Below are positions 1-13,679 of a stretch of 64,000 nt of DNA, one piece after another. A program made the position numbers and the translations under genes. Source of the stretch: Lama glama (taxonomy: Eukaryota); contig CM052816.1 of assembly GCA_028534125.1 (NCBI GenBank), positions 21,516,001-21,580,000 of the forward strand, written 5' to 3'. Below the pieces are notes generated by a model. The model was not told the origin of the DNA. It worked only from the letters and a program-made list of their open reading frames with translations, and searched no databases. The stretch's first letter is position 1. Each line of letters starts with the position of its first letter.

Positions 1-179
1 AATGGATGGATTCAGAATACATTTTGGAAGCAAAAGGTAGCATGACTTACTATGGAATGTGGCATGAGAGAAGAAATTGAGGCCTTCTGGATTTTTGCCT
101 TAAGCAACTTGGTGCCAGTTTTTTGGAATGAGGAAATTAGATGGGATGGTGGGTTTGGGAAATTAAGAGTTTTACTTTA

Positions 180-1224
180 TTTAATTAAATTTTTTTTTAC
201 TACGGTAAAATACATAAAACATAAAATTTATCACCTTAACTGTGTATAAGGGTACAATTCAGTGGCATTAAGTACCTTCACATTTTTGTACAACCATCAC
301 CATCATCTGTCTCTAAACTCTTTATCTTGCAAAACTGAAACTCTGTATCCATTAAACAATAACTGCCCAGTCTCCACTACCTCCAGCCCCTTGCAACCAC
401 CCTTCTACTTTCTGTCTCTATGAATTTGACCCTTGTAGGCACCTTATATAAAATGGAATCATACAGTATTTGTCCTTTTGTGACTGCCTGTTTCAGTAAA
501 CATAATGTCCTCAAGGTTTATCTGTGCTGTAGCATGTGTCAGAATTTTCTTCCTTTTTAAGGCTGAATTATATTCCACAGTTTGTTTTTCTATTCACCTG
601 TCAATGGTCACTTGGGCTACTTCCATCTTTTGGGGTGAATAATGTGAACATAGGTGTATAAATATCTCTTCAAGTACCTGCTTTCAGTTCTTTGTGGTAT
701 ATACTCAGAAATGGAATTCCTGGATTATATGGTAGTTCTATTTTTAATTTTTTGAGGAATTACCATATTGTTTTCCATAGGGACCACACCATTTTACATT
801 TCCACCAAGAATGCACAAAGGTCCCAATTTCTCCAGAAACTCCCCAACACTTGTAATCTCTCTTTTTTAATAGTAGCCATCCTCAAGAGTGTGAGGTGAT
901 ATCTCATTGTGGTTTTGATTTGTATTTTCCTGATGATTAGTTATGTTCAGCATCATTTCATTTGTATATTTTCTTAGAAGAAATGTCTATTCAAGTCCTT
1001 GGCCCATTTTAATTGGGTTGTTTGTTTTTTGTTGTTGTTGAGTTGTAGGAGTTCTTTTTATATTCTGGATATTAACCCCTTTTCAGACATACATGGTTTT
1101 CAAATATTTTCTCCCATTCCAGGATTTGCCTTTTTACTCTGTTGATCATGTCCTTTAATACACAGAAGTTTTAAGTTTCAAGGTAGTTCAATTTCATCTA
1201 TTTTTTCTTTTGTTGCCTGTGCAA
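180..1224 (-). mobile_element. L1 3' fragment (L1MA/MB-like) inserted into an L2 remnant
   Basis: Typical antisense L1 3' UTR/ORF2-end sequence. Flanking near-identical AAGAGTTTTAYTTTA at 165-179 and 1225-1239 (probable target-site duplication, TSD). Confidence 0.85.
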
Positions 1225-1639
1225 AAGAGTTTTATTTTAAATATAGAAATAAACTTATATTTAAATATATGAATATTCAAAACATATTTAAATAAAAGTT
1301 TGGCAACAGTTGGATATATGAGCTTGAAGGTCATAGGAGAGGACAGAATGACATATGAGAGTTATCCACATGTGAATGATATTTACAGCCACGGGTCTGG
1401 GCAAGATCACCCAGGAAAGAAGATACATGGGAACACAAAAATCTCCTTATGGGATATAGTCATACTGGATTAAGATTCAACAGAAGGCTTTGACTGAGTT
1501 AAATTTGGGTGATATAAATTATTGAAGATCTTCTCTTCTGAGCTAGATGTCAGGTTAGGATGGAAATTAGAAATTCCTGGCAAAGTGTCAATCCTCTCTG
1601 CTATTGTTTTATTATAGTAATATTACTAATAGTAACCCA

Positions 1640-1800
1640 AGACATCATTTAGTTCTCACAACAGCTCTATGAGATATTCTTATTGCCCTCACTTTACAGA
1701 TAAAGAAACCCGAGAGAAGTTACGTAATTTCCCCAGTTGCTATAGTTATTATGTAGCAGGACCAAATTAAAACTAGTTGGTCTGCTTCAAGCCTACATTA
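1640..1800. mobile_element. MIR SINE fragment
   Basis: Core-like sequence tctcacaacagctctatgag...actttacagataaagaaac. Confidence 0.65.
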
Positions 1801-3447
1801 TTAATTATTAATCTCATTATTCTGAAAAATGAAATCTAGCCCTCGGCCCTTACCAACCGACTGCATTCAGTCTCCTTAGGTTTCATATCACCACAGTCAT
1901 GTCTTGCAGTGGTGAATAGTCCAAGAAAGATGGTGCTGATCCTGCCACCTTAGTTAGGCTGATCTGCAGTCTCCTCTTTTGAACACTCTGGGTCTTAACA
2001 CTGTGCCAGGTTCTGATACAGCCCAAATAAGGAAAAAGAAGGTAGACAGACACAGCACACTAGAATCAACAGAAGTTGTTGTGTTTTTATTCCCTTTCCT
2101 CTTCAATCTAGATATAATGGTCCTTTGCCTCAATCTCAGTCCCTCCATTGTCTTGTCATTCTGCTCACCCTACTGCAAAGCCCCAAATCCAACCATTTGT
2201 GCATTTCATTCCTATCTGTGACACTGGAGAATATCACACAACCATGTGAATTGCTGTCTCCACAAATTTACATTTCCAGTCACACCTGGACTTTCACCCC
2301 ACTTGTCACTCTCCCAACCCACATGTTCTTCCAACCCCTCAATGATCCTTATTCTCTCCTGTATCTTACTTCAGCAGCTTGGTTTGAGAGTGAAAAGTAA
2401 AATGTCTTGATTTATCTCGGGCTTAGTTTTTGCAAGATTAATCAACAAAAGGACAAGGGTAGTGGTATGAGTGAACTGAGGGGATTGTGAGGAATAAACT
2501 GCAAGGGAAAGGAAATGATGTTGGAGTCAGTGCTAAAGGGTTGTGAAAAAAACAAAATGTCCTGGAATGAGGTCGAGTTATTGTGACTGATGACGTGGCT
2601 CAGGGTGTGTCCTTGTCAGGGACGGCTTAAAGTACAGGTAAAGATCAAATACTCTAAGGATGAGGTGTAGGATTACTCATCCTCCTGAGTACAAAGGTCA
2701 TCACTACCTCAGACTGGTTTCCAGAGAGCTCAAAGAATGTGGTTAAGCACCTGGCAGACTTGGTAACAGCAACCAGAAGGGCACAGCACAAAAGTTGAAA
2801 GATACATTTTGCATATGTGAAGGTGAAGGAGTTATGGAGGTGGGGAGGACAAGGAAAATCCTGAGACCTTAGCTGGCTCTGAAGTTCACAGGAAGTGTAA
2901 AAGGAAGATCCTCCAGTTGAGAGACAGGAGCATGAGGGAAGCAGAGTACTGGGGTTGGGGTGGGGAAGAGTCGGAGCTCTGTCAAGGAGAGGACATGGAG
3001 AGAGCCACCAGGGATATACTTGAAGGAGGAGAGTTGTTTGTCCACAGTGGAATGAGGTTTTCAGAGGACACAGTAGCAGAGAAGGAAGCAGTGGGAGGGT
3101 GAGATGGTGGACTGTATGGGGCCAGGGAGCACCGAGGGGAGTCAAACTGAGAGTATTTGATGAGAAGGATTAAATTTGTAGTGTTGGAGAGAGATGATCT
3201 CAAGATTCTCAAAATCAGCTCTCAGACTATTCTTTGCCAATGCAGAGGCATTAGGTGATAGTTCAAATCCTCATAATTTTTTACAACCCATTCAGCAGTC
3301 TATTAAGTATAACCTTATAGTATAACATTATAGGTTATAGGTGATAAGGTAATTCACCTCACAGAGCAAGTTCGATTTGTCTAAATCAGGGTAGAGGTGA
3401 CTGCTGCTCAAGAAGAGTGAGAGGAGAGATAAAAATGCCCGGGTCTG

Positions 3448-3870
3448 TTTTAATATTCTTTTTCACCGTGAGCTACTACAAGATATCAAATACAGTTTCC
3501 TGTGCTATACAGTATAAACTTGTTTATCTATTTTATATATATCAGTCAGTATCTGCAAATCTCGAACTCCCAATTTATCCCTTCCCACTCCCTTCCCCCA
3601 CCCCCGGTAAGCGTAAGTTTGTTTTCTATGTCTGTGAGTCTGTTTCTATTTTATAAATAAGTTCATTTGTCTTTTTTTTTTTTTTTAGATTCCACATATG
3701 AATGATATCATATGGTATTTTTCTTTTTCTCTTTCTGGCTTACTTCACTTAGAATGACATTCTCCAGGTATATTCATGTATGACTGAAGCATTGTGTTGT
3801 ACACCAGAAATCGACACAACATTGTAAACTGACTATACTTCAATTTAAAAAAACAAAAGCAAACAAACAA
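3448..3870. mobile_element. Young 5'-inverted L1 3' end (twin-primed insertion)
   Basis: Antisense L1 3' UTR (3448 to about 3770) joined to the sense terminus and A-rich tail (about 3770-3870). 17-bp TSD at 3431-3447 and 3871-3887. Confidence 0.85.
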
Positions 3871-4487
3871 AAAAACGCTCGGGTCTGGATGGGAGAAAAT
3901 GACTCTGACCTTCCACAGAGCTCAGCCCTAGATGGGGCCCTGGGCTGGTTACTGAGGCCACAAATGTAGGAGTTTATTATCTGGCTAGACTGAGCCCACA
4001 GAGAGTTTGAATTTTACGTTCTTCATGCTCTTCATCTTTGCTTCCTGGGACTTTGCACTTCCCAGAACCTTGCACTTTATAATCATACAGAAGTCAAAAA
4101 AATTAAAACTTCTAATGAGTGTCAAGTTTTTATTTTTTTAATGTCTGTATGATTATAAATAATATATGTTATTAGTGAAACATTTATAAAATATGGAAAA
4201 CTACAGAAAAGAAACTAAAACAGAAGTCATCTATAATCCCCCATCCAAACATACCTACTATTACTACTTTGAGATATATCCTTCTAGTTTTTTTCATGCC
4301 CTTGAAACATAGTTTATTCATGCATGCATTCATTATTGGTTAATACTATTGTATACCTTTAAAAAATACTTGCATTATATCACAAGCATTTTATCATGTT
4401 ATTAAAAAATTCTTAAACATTGTTTTTAAAGGCTGAGTAATATTCTTTCATAAAAGTGCACCATTATTTAACTATTTCTATACTGAG

Positions 4488-6170
4488 TGTTTAAAATTGT
4501 GATAAAAATAACATTAAATTTTGACATCATAACCATTTTAAGTGTACAGTTCCATAGTATTAAATATATCTACATTGTTGTGCACAAATCTCTAGAACCT
4601 TTTCATCTTGCAAAACTGAAATGCACTAAGCATTAACTCTTCCACTTCCTTTTTTCCTCCTTCCCCCTCCCTTTGTAACCATCTTTCTAATTTCTGTTTC
4701 TATGATTTTGACTGTTTTAGATAATTTGTATGATTGGAATCATACAGAATTTGTCATTTTGTGACTGACTTATTTCACTTAGCATAAGTGAAAGATCACT
4801 TAAGTTTCCTCCTTTTTAGGCTGCATAATATTCCATTGTATGTATACACCACATTTTCTTTATTCACTCATCCGTAGATGGACATTCAGGCTGCTTCCAG
4901 CTTTTTGCTATTGTGAATAATACTGTGATAAATATGGGTGTGCAAATAGCTCTTTGAGATTCTACTTTGAATTATTTTGGATATATACCCAGAAGTGGGA
5001 TTGCTAGATCATATAGTAATTCTATTTTATAATTTTTTGAGGAAATCCCATATTGTTTCCGACAATGCTGCACTATTTTACATTCTCACCAATAGTACAC
5101 AAGGATCCCAATTTCTCCATATCCTTGCCAACACATGTTTTCTGTTCTTTTGATAGCAGCCATCCTAATGGGTGTGAAGTGGTATCTCACTGTGGTTTTG
5201 ATTTGCATTTCTTTAATGGCTGGTGATACTGAGCATCATTTCATATGCCTGTTGACTATTTGTATATCTTCTTCGAAGGATTGTCTATTCAAATCCTTTG
5301 CCCATCTTTTAATCAGGTTGTTTTTTGTTGTTGACTTGTAGAAGTTCCTTTTACCTTCTGGATATTAACTCTTTATTAAATATATACTTTGCAGATATTT
5401 TCTCTCATTCATAGGTTGCCGTTTTGTTCTGATGTTTCCTCTGGCTCAGAATTTTTTTTAAGAGTGATGTAGTACCATTTGCTTATTTTTGCTTTTGTTG
5501 CCAGTACTTTGGTGTCATATCCAAGAAATTGCCATATTCAATGTTCTGAAGCTTTTCTTCTCAGAGTTTTATAGTTTTAGGTCTTACACTTAGATCTTTA
5601 ATCTGTTTTGAGTTAAGTTTTGTACATGGTGTAAGGTATGGGTCTGAATTCATTTTGTTGCATTTGAATAACCAGTTTTAATAAAACCATTTGTTGAAGA
5701 GACTGCCCTTTTCCTGGAAAGTCTTGGCATGCTTGTTGGAAATCATTTGGCCATATATGCAAGGGTTTATTTCTAGGCTCTCTATTCTGTTCCATTGGTT
5801 CATATATCTGACTTTGTGCCAGTGCAACACTGTCTTGATTTCTGCTGCTTTGTAGTATATTTTGAAACCGGGAAGTGTGAGGCTCTGAACTCTGTTCTTT
5901 TTCAAGATTGTTTTGACCATTCAGGCTTCCTTGAGATTCCACATGAATTTTAAGATATTTTTTCCTAGTTCTGCAAAAATGCCATAGGGATTTTGATAGA
6001 GATTGCATTGAATCTGTAGATTGGTTTGGTTAGTATGGACATTTTAGTGATATTTGAGTCTTCCAATCCATAAGCATGAGATGTCTTTCCATTTATTTGT
6101 ATCTTCTTTGATGTCTTTTAACAATGTTTTGTATTTTCAGTGAACAAGTCTTTTATCTCCTTTGTTAGGC
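4488..6170 (-). mobile_element. L1 (ORF2 C-terminal region and 3' UTR), nested in older L1 debris
   Basis: ORF 5678-5920 reads LTLPGFKIYYKAAEIKTVLHWHK..NQWNRIESLEINPCIYGQMI, a classic L1 ORF2 segment. Confidence 0.92.
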
Positions 6171-6584
6171 CATACCTAGTTTTTTTAAGATTGCAAATAA
6201 TGCATGATAAACATCTATGGGCATAAATATTTCATATGTGTCTGATTATTTCCTAGTTGCACAGTTACAACATTTTAAAAAATCCAAGCATTTTAAGGCT
6301 CTGGAAACATTTTGTCATTTGACTTATAGAAAAAGTAAACCAGTTTACAATCCTACCAGAAGAATATGAGCATGTATGTCATTATATCTTAGCAATACTG
6401 AAAACTGTGATCTTGTAATCTTTGCTAGGGTGTTACGTGGAAAATGCCATCAACTTGTCACTCCAGTTAGTTTTCCTTTGATTACTTGTGAAGCAAGAAC
6501 AATTGGTTTTGCATGTTTATTGGCTGGCTAATATTTTCTTGTTTGAAAACTAATAATTTCTTTTCCCCATTTAACTATAATAAT

Positions 6585-7790
6585 GGTAAGTTTGAGATAC
6601 CCATCAGACATCCAGGTGAGGATATTGAATTGGTGTGTGAGCCTGGAGTTAAGCTCTCTATATATTTGGTGGTTGTTAATATAGACATGGTATTTGAAGT
6701 CATAAGACTGGGTCTTAAAAAAAGGAAGAGGACCAAAGACTAAGTTCTGGTACTCCAATGGTAATCAATAGAGATGAGGAAGGACAAGCAAAAGAAATTG
6801 TGAAGAAGCAGTCACAAAGTAAGAGGAAAATCAAGCAAGTGGTGTCCCAGAAAGCATTTCAAGGAAAGAGAAATCACTTTGATGTCTCTGAGAAGGCAAA
6901 TAAGATAAGGACTATGACTTGACCGTTGAGTTCAGAAACGTGCAGGGTCTGGGGGATCTTAATGGAAGCTGCTCTGGTAAAGAGGTGGAGTTCTTAAACT
7001 TAACTGTACTGAGCTCAAGAGAAAATCGGAAGAAAAAATTGGAAGTAGTGCATATATAGAGCAATCTTTTGAGTTTTGCTACAAAGGGGTAGGGAGAGCT
7101 GGGGCAGTAGCTGAAGGCAGAAGTGGGGTCAAGGGAGAGCTTTTTCAGTATTGTAGAAATAACAGTATGTTTGCATGCTGAATGAGAAAGATCCAGTAGA
7201 GAGAGAGAAGATTGATCATGGGGTGGAGAGTTAGGAGAATTGCTGGAGTAATGTCCTTGAGCAGGTAAGGGTACAGGGGCATCAAGTGGAGAGAGAGAGA
7301 GAGAGAGAGAATCCTGTACTAGGAGCAGAGACCATTTATCTCAAGTAGCAGGAGAAAAGACAGAGTGTTTGAACACAAATGCAGTTATGTTGGTGGATTA
7401 AGACAGCAAGAGCTTGTACAAGTTCTCTCCTGTTTCTATTTTGTAGGTGAAATAATAGGTAGCAAAGGCATAGCTGAGGGTGAACATCAGGGAGGAGATA
7501 TTAGAGTTCTGAAAAGAAAGGTCACTGAGGATAGAGAATGGACCAGGGCAATAGACCATGACCGTCAGTCAGCAATAAAATTCCTCTTGAAGACTGATGA
7601 TTAATTTAAAGTGAAACCTGTCAGCATGTTTGTATATTTTTCTCCAGCTACATTTAGCTGTGCTGGTGCTGGTAGAAGCAGGAGGGAGGTTGAATTTAAC
7701 CAGCACTGCAGTTTGCCCAAAGGAGTAAGGTGGATTAAGAAAGGGGCAAGGAAGTTGATTATAATGATTAACTATTGAATTCAGTGAGAT
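6585..7790 (-). mobile_element. L2 LINE remnant
   Basis: Purine-rich antisense L2 motifs (gtttgagatacccatcagacatccaggtg; gactatgacttgaccgttgagttcag). Confidence 0.7.
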
Positions 7791-7928
7791 ATGAGATAGA
7801 GGAAAACACTGAAGTCTGCTAGGCACGGTGCTAAATATATGCATTATCTCATGTAATCCCAACAGTAATCCCATGAAGGTGCTTAGCCTTCTTTTACAGG
7901 TAAAGAGACTGAGGTTTAGGAAGACCAC

Positions 7929-8249
7929 CAGCATATCTTGGAGATATGGTGGGCTTGGTTCGAGACCACCAGAATAAACTGAATGTCGTAATAAAGAGAG
8001 TCACACAAATTTTTGGTTTCCCAGTGCATATGAAAGTTACATTTGCACTATACTGTAGTCTATTAAGTGTGCAATGGCATTATGTCCAAAATAAAAGTAC
8101 ATACCTTAATTTAAAACACTTTATTGCTAAAAAAGGCTAACCATCATCTAACAATGCAAGGTTGCCACAAATCTTTAGTTTGTAAAAAAAAAAAAAGCGG
8201 TATCTGTGAAGCACAATAAAGCAAAGCCCAATAAAACAAGGAATGTCTG
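7929..8249 (-). mobile_element. Tigger1 internal-deletion derivative (MITE) interrupting a MIR
   Basis: Both Tigger1-like termini present (cagcatatcttggagata... and ...aataaaacaaggaatgtctg|ta). MIR halves at about 7820-7925 and 8250-8330. Confidence 0.8.
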
Positions 8250-8419
8250 TAAAACTTGCTCAAGGCTACACAGCTGATAAGTGACAGATCCAGCATCAGA
8301 TCCAGAAACACTGTTCTCCAAAGGTATGCCCTTAGCCTTATTATAATTTGCTTTAACTAGAGCACAAGCAAGCATTTTTTAAACTGATGCATTAACAGAA
8401 AGGAAGCTAACTTTGTCCA

Positions 8420-9620
8420 ATATATTTTTATTAATATTTTTCCAACTTATGTTAATTTTAAGATTTTTGATGGACAGAAATTTTTAAAAGTTTATAGCAA
8501 AATCTATTTATTTTACCTTATCTTTAATTCCCATCCTGAGATTAAATAATCACCTATATTTTCTTTCAGCTTTTTATCTATTTATTTATTTTTACATTTG
8601 AATCTTTAATCGATTACAAATTAATATCATATGTGTTTTATGGTGAGATGCTATTTTTTTTACAGCTTGTCAATTGTCCTAGCACTAATTTTGAATAACT
8701 TAATCCTTTTCTTGATCATTGGTAATGCACTTTTATCGTATGTTACAATTTTATAAACACTTGGGTCTGTTTTTTAGAGTACCTATTTATCTTTCTTTGT
8801 ATTTTTAAACTTGTAAGGGAATATTTCACCTGACCACTCTTCCTTTTCAAAAATTTCTTAGACAGTCCTGCAGGTTTGTTCCTTCAGATGCCCTTTAGAA
8901 TTGTTTTTTTAAGTTCCTAAAATATCTCCCTGAAATACTAATTTTGATGATACTAGAGTAGTGAATTAATTTGGCAGAATGGCAGGTTCGCAGCATTCAA
9001 TCTACCCATTCAGGAACATGGCACATCTCTATTCAAGTCTTAATAAAATGAAATAATTTTTTCACTTAGGTTTTACACATTTTTAAAAGGATATTTCTAG
9101 GTATTTTTTGTTTTTATGACTATTAAGAATGGGACCTGGTTTTCTCCAGTATATTTTCTAGGTGGTTATTTCTAGTACCTGATTTCTAGTTGCTGATTTA
9201 GAGACACTTTTTATATTCTTCCACCTAAACTGAAACTCTTAAATATAAGAATTTCTAGTTAATTCTTTTGAATTAAAAAATATAGTATCATGCTCTGCTC
9301 CTCATAATATTGGCAACTTCATCTATTTTCTAATAGTTTTACTTCTTATCTATATTTTACACTATGACTATAGTTACTAAAACTTAGACAAAAATGTTGA
9401 AAAGAAAAGGTGCTAAAACATATATCCATAAAATTACTGTTGAAGGGATGCCTCTGGTGTTTCACTCTAACCTTCAGTGTAATACTGGCTGTCATCTGAG
9501 ACTGATATTCATAAGCAAGCTCAGGTAGTTGGCTTGTAGAACTAATATTAAAAATAGTTTTTAAAAATTAGGAATATATCTTGAATTTAATTGAATACTA
9601 TTTTGGCATGTATGATTGGT
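8420..9620 (-). mobile_element. Old, highly diverged L1 (L1ME-like)
   Basis: T-rich antisense ORF2-like sequence (tctacccattcaggaacatggcacatctc). Confidence 0.6.
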
Positions 9621-9884
9621 CTTTGAACTACCAAAGAGATAATCATTTGTGTACTTGTTGCCTTTTTATAAATAGATTTTAAAAAGTCATCTCTTACTAC
9701 TGTAAAACATAAAGCAGTCATATGAACAGCAATAAAAGGCAATTATCACATCCTTACTTTTTACATTTAGAAAAAGCTGTAAGAGCATTTTATACTTAGG
9801 TGTTTAAAAAGTCAAATGTCTATGTTTCCAACATAACATTTTCACCAGGCTAGAATTACAAAGGTTGGTTGGTTGGTTGGTTTG

Positions 9885-10135
9885 TTTTTAGCGGCTTACA
9901 ACAACTATTTTATTTTGCTGGTGATTTTGTGGACAGGAATTTGGGAAGGGTTTGGCTGAGCTTTTTATGGGGTTGTCATTGGATGGTACTGGGGCCGTCA
10001 TTGCCAGGCTGGACTGGGCTGGACATCCAAGATGGCGCACTCACAGGGCTGGAGCTCAGCTGGGGCTGTGGACCAGAGCACCCCCAGGTGGCCCCTCCAT
10101 ATGGCTGGGCTTCAAGAGGGGTGTCCAAAGAACCA
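9885..10135. mobile_element. MLT1-type MaLR LTR fragment
   Basis: gggctggacatccaagatggcgcactcac...ggagctcagctggggctgtggaccagagcac motif. Confidence 0.7.
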
Positions 10136-11340
10136 GTGCTCAAGTCCAGAGATCCAGGTGACCTTGATCTTCAGATTCTCCAGCACATAAGCCAACCAGC
10201 TGGGGACTTAGGAGTCACCGCAAGTTTTAAGAATTGCTGGGCTCCCTTCCCCACAAAGTATTTTAACTAAAATGAATACTTGTCAGATACCCATTACATG
10301 CAAGAAAAGCTCAGAAGCACTACAAAGGAAAAAAAGATAAGCAAGGTGGGGTCCTGGCCTCCCAGAGGCTTGTAGACCTATAGTGGAGGGAACAAGACAA
10401 AAGCCCAACTGAGTGAGGGTAACAAGCACCAGGACAGCACAGAGGAGTGAACGGTCACTGCTGGTGGGAAAGAAATTTAATTATTTTTAGCAGCTGATGC
10501 CACCAAGCAGCATATTAAAAACTAGTGGCTACCTAGTCTACACACACACCATCACTCTGAATATTGTTAAAGGGTCAGTAGCTCGTCACCATGCTGCTCC
10601 CAGAAAAGCCGGCAACAATGAGAGCATGCTGCCCAGGTCTCCTGGAGGACCTTCTTGCTATGTTATCATCTCTGCTTGACTAAAACATAGTGAAACATGG
10701 AGCTGACATTTATTTTCTGAGCTTCTGTTATTATGTTATCCCATTAGTGGTTTTTACCTTTTACGATGCTCTCATGGAACTGAGATTCCTCTATTGCTGA
10801 CCAGATGCACCCCTAATTGGAGAGAATACAGTTGCATACCGTGTTTAGGAAGGTATGTATTAATGGAATGTTTTAAAAGGCTCTCCAGATTGTTAGCTTG
10901 GATAGCCTTCTTCCTGGGTGCTGACCCCTCTTGGCTATGGGACATCCAAGCCATCTCTATCAATCTAACTGGTTTGCAGTTTTCCTGATTCTCTGTTTAC
11001 CAATAAAATGTCTCTTAAACCAGTCTTAGGGAACAGAAGGCTTAGTCAAGTCCTCAGAAAGAGCACAACTGTGTACCATTCAATAGACTGTGAGCCACCA
11101 AAATTGTAGCTAGGAACTGCCTTGGGTCCCTTCTGAAAGGCTGACAGGTCATACGAGCCAGGCTACTTGATCTCCTGCTGCATTTCACTTGTAAAATGCT
11201 ATTAATATCTGCCATCAATTCCTCTCAAAGGAGTGTATAAAATTTTCTGGGTAGGAATATTGCATTTAATCATTTGGTTACACCACTATATGAGTTCATT
11301 TCAAAAACTGCTGTGACTGTGAATGTGTTTGTTCACTTAT

Positions 11341-11362
11341 ACACACACACACACACACACAC
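11341..11362. repeat. (CA)n microsatellite
   Basis: About 11 CA units. Confidence 0.95.
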
Positions 11363-11402
11363 GTGTTGCCTCCTGACAGTTGCGTTAACACAATGATTTT
11401 TT

Positions 11403-11408
11403 TTTATT
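11403..11408 (-). terminator. Probable polyadenylation signal of SLC22A4
   Basis: AATAAA on the minus strand about 330 nt after the stop, followed about 40 nt later by a (TG)n GU-rich tract on the transcript strand. Confidence 0.6.
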
Positions 11409-11739
11409 TGGATAGTATTTGTATTTGGAAATGAGTGTTAATCTTTATACGGATTTACCAGTCTTTGATCAACACATTTTCACAATATCTTACAAACCCA
11501 TTTCATTGAATTAATTATAATTACTAAGGAGGACTCTCTAGAAATGGTTTGGCTTATAAAATAAGGAGCTTATCTGGAAGAGTGGTCCAGAGTTTGTTAT
11601 ATGACAAGCATTACTCAACAGCAAGGTCCATTTTAGTGTTAATTCTTATCATCAGTCCATTTCATCAGGAAAGGCTCTAGTTTCTTCTTAATCTTATGAA
11701 TCTGTTTTTCACTCCCACCAAATAGAATAGAAATTTTTA

Positions 11740-11815
11740 TCAGAATGAAGTTACTAGAACTTTGGGATTTTCTTCTTTCTCCATGGAATCTTTTGTTTTT
11801 TTCCCAAACCTGAAC
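11740..11815 (-). CDS. SLC22A4: SLC22A4 exon 10, coding part to the ancestral stop
   Basis: Acceptor TTCAG|GTTCAG; reads FRFGKKTKDSMEKEENPKVLVTSF followed by TGA; 76 bp. Confidence 0.94.
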
Positions 11816-12358
11816 CTGAAAATAAGATAAGTGCTAAAGAAAATTAAATATTTAAGACTTCCCTCCTCAAAATGCCAAAATGACACTGAAAAACAGGTAT
11901 CCAGTCAATGAACAGGTAATTATTTTAACTCTAATAAGAACCTCATGAGCCTAGAAGTAGTCTTCTGTGATGTTACAGTTTCCCTGAGGAAAGAGTAAAG
12001 TGGCAAGCACGATGGTCTTGGCAAGTTAAAGTTGATGTTAAAGTAGTTATTTTATTAGAGGAAACAGCTTATCAAAAGTAGGCACCTTTTGCTGTCCACA
12101 TTCAGTCTGGGGTCAGAATCCATTCACATATGGACTTATTTTTATCAAGCCAGGCATTAAAAACACTTTATCTTGTATAACCTCACAAAAGCAATATGAA
12201 CTATTCCCACACAACAGATAGGAATACTGAGGTTTAAAGAAAATTAAGCAATGTGCCCAAATTTATGCAGTAGATTTGGAATTTGAGGTCAGGCAGTTTC
12301 ACTCTAGAATCTCAACTTCTACCATACTACTAATCTTTAAATGTTTGCCAGTCTATGA

Positions 12359-13640
12359 TGTCATAGAAAGATATTTGATTTTTCCCCCTAGTTCCTGACT
12401 CAGAGCTCGTAAATCTCTTGTGATGTCCTGAGTGACAAGCGTAACAGGAGCGCTTTGCCTCTTATTCTAATGAGGCAGCTCTTGTCCCTAGATAGCTTCA
12501 CGAGGAAAGCTGGTCTCCAGAAAGACCAATCCTTGACTAGAAGCCTGGAATTTTCAGCCCACGCACCAACCTCCAGGGAGGGGAGAGGGCTGAAGCTGAA
12601 TTAATAATTGATCATGCCTATGTGATGAAACTTCCAGAAACCCCCCAAAACACTAGGGCTCTGAGAGCTTCCAAATTGGCAAACATATCCATGTGCCAGG
12701 ATGGTGATGCTTCCCAACTCCTCAGGACAGAGGCTCCTGTGCTCTGGACCCTTCTGAACCTCACCCTGTACTCTTCTTCATCTGGCTGTTCATTTGTATT
12801 TATAACAAATGGGTAACAGTAAGTAAAATGTTTTCCTGAGTTCTGTGAGTCATTCTAGCAAATTCCTGAACTTGAAGACAAGGGTTGTGGAGACACTGGT
12901 CTTTGTACTCAAGATGGACACGTTGGGGCTCAGGGCAGGTTGCCCCCAAATATGCTACAGGGCATATCGATTAATTTTTATTGAAGTTGCTTGTGAAGCA
13001 GCCAATGCAAAAAGGAAACTCTGGCCTCCTCTGCAACCCTGAAAGCAAGAAATAAATCTCTCCTCTCATGTGAAAGGTGCACTTCCTGCATCTGGATGTA
13101 GGGGTTCACACTTACTACCAGAGAGAGACAGGGAATTCAGGGCTGGACCAAGATGTCTGTATAAACAAACGTTGTTATTTCTTTACAAATTTACTACCCA
13201 AGCTCAAACTTTGCTTAAATTCCTTACTAATTAAGCACCCAAACCTAAGTTTCTTTGTCCTGTCAATCCCTCTCAAATTTATTGTTTGTGTGAAAGGTGT
13301 AAACGCTGCCTTCTTTGGCCACTTCTTAGGTCCTATTTCTGTGAAATTTCCATGAACATTAATCAAAATTTATTTCTTTTTCTCCTGTTAATCTGATTTG
13401 TATCATTTTATTATTAGTCTAGCCATAAGAATGCAAGAGAGGTAGGGCATAAATTTCCACCTCCCTGACAGTCAAAAGTGTGGATAACCTTGGGGACCCA
13501 TTACTTGCAACTGGAGTGTGAAGAGAGGGCTGTCTCACGGGATTGAGACTTGAACCTATGATGCTAACTTGGGTAGTTAGTGTCACAACTGAATTAACTT
13601 ATAGGACACATAGTTGGTGTCAGAATTGCTCGAGGTCAGG
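12359..13640 (+). mobile_element. MER21-like LTR split by a nested LTR
   Basis: MER21-like sequence at 12359-12920 resumes at 13471 (aaagtgtggataaccttggggaccc...ttggtgtcagaa). Confidence 0.7.
12921..13470 (+). mobile_element. MER34-like ERV1 solo LTR nested in the MER21-like LTR
   Basis: Begins (c)gttggggctcag...ccccaaatatg and ends ...ctccctgaca; imperfect 4-bp flanks gaca/gtca. Confidence 0.65.
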
Positions 13641-13679
13641 AGGAAAAACCCTCGCACAATCTCACAGACCAAAAGGTGG

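Noticed and set aside
5135..6008. ORFs resembling protein-coding genes
   Set aside because: Fragments of degraded L1 ORF2 and its antisense strand.
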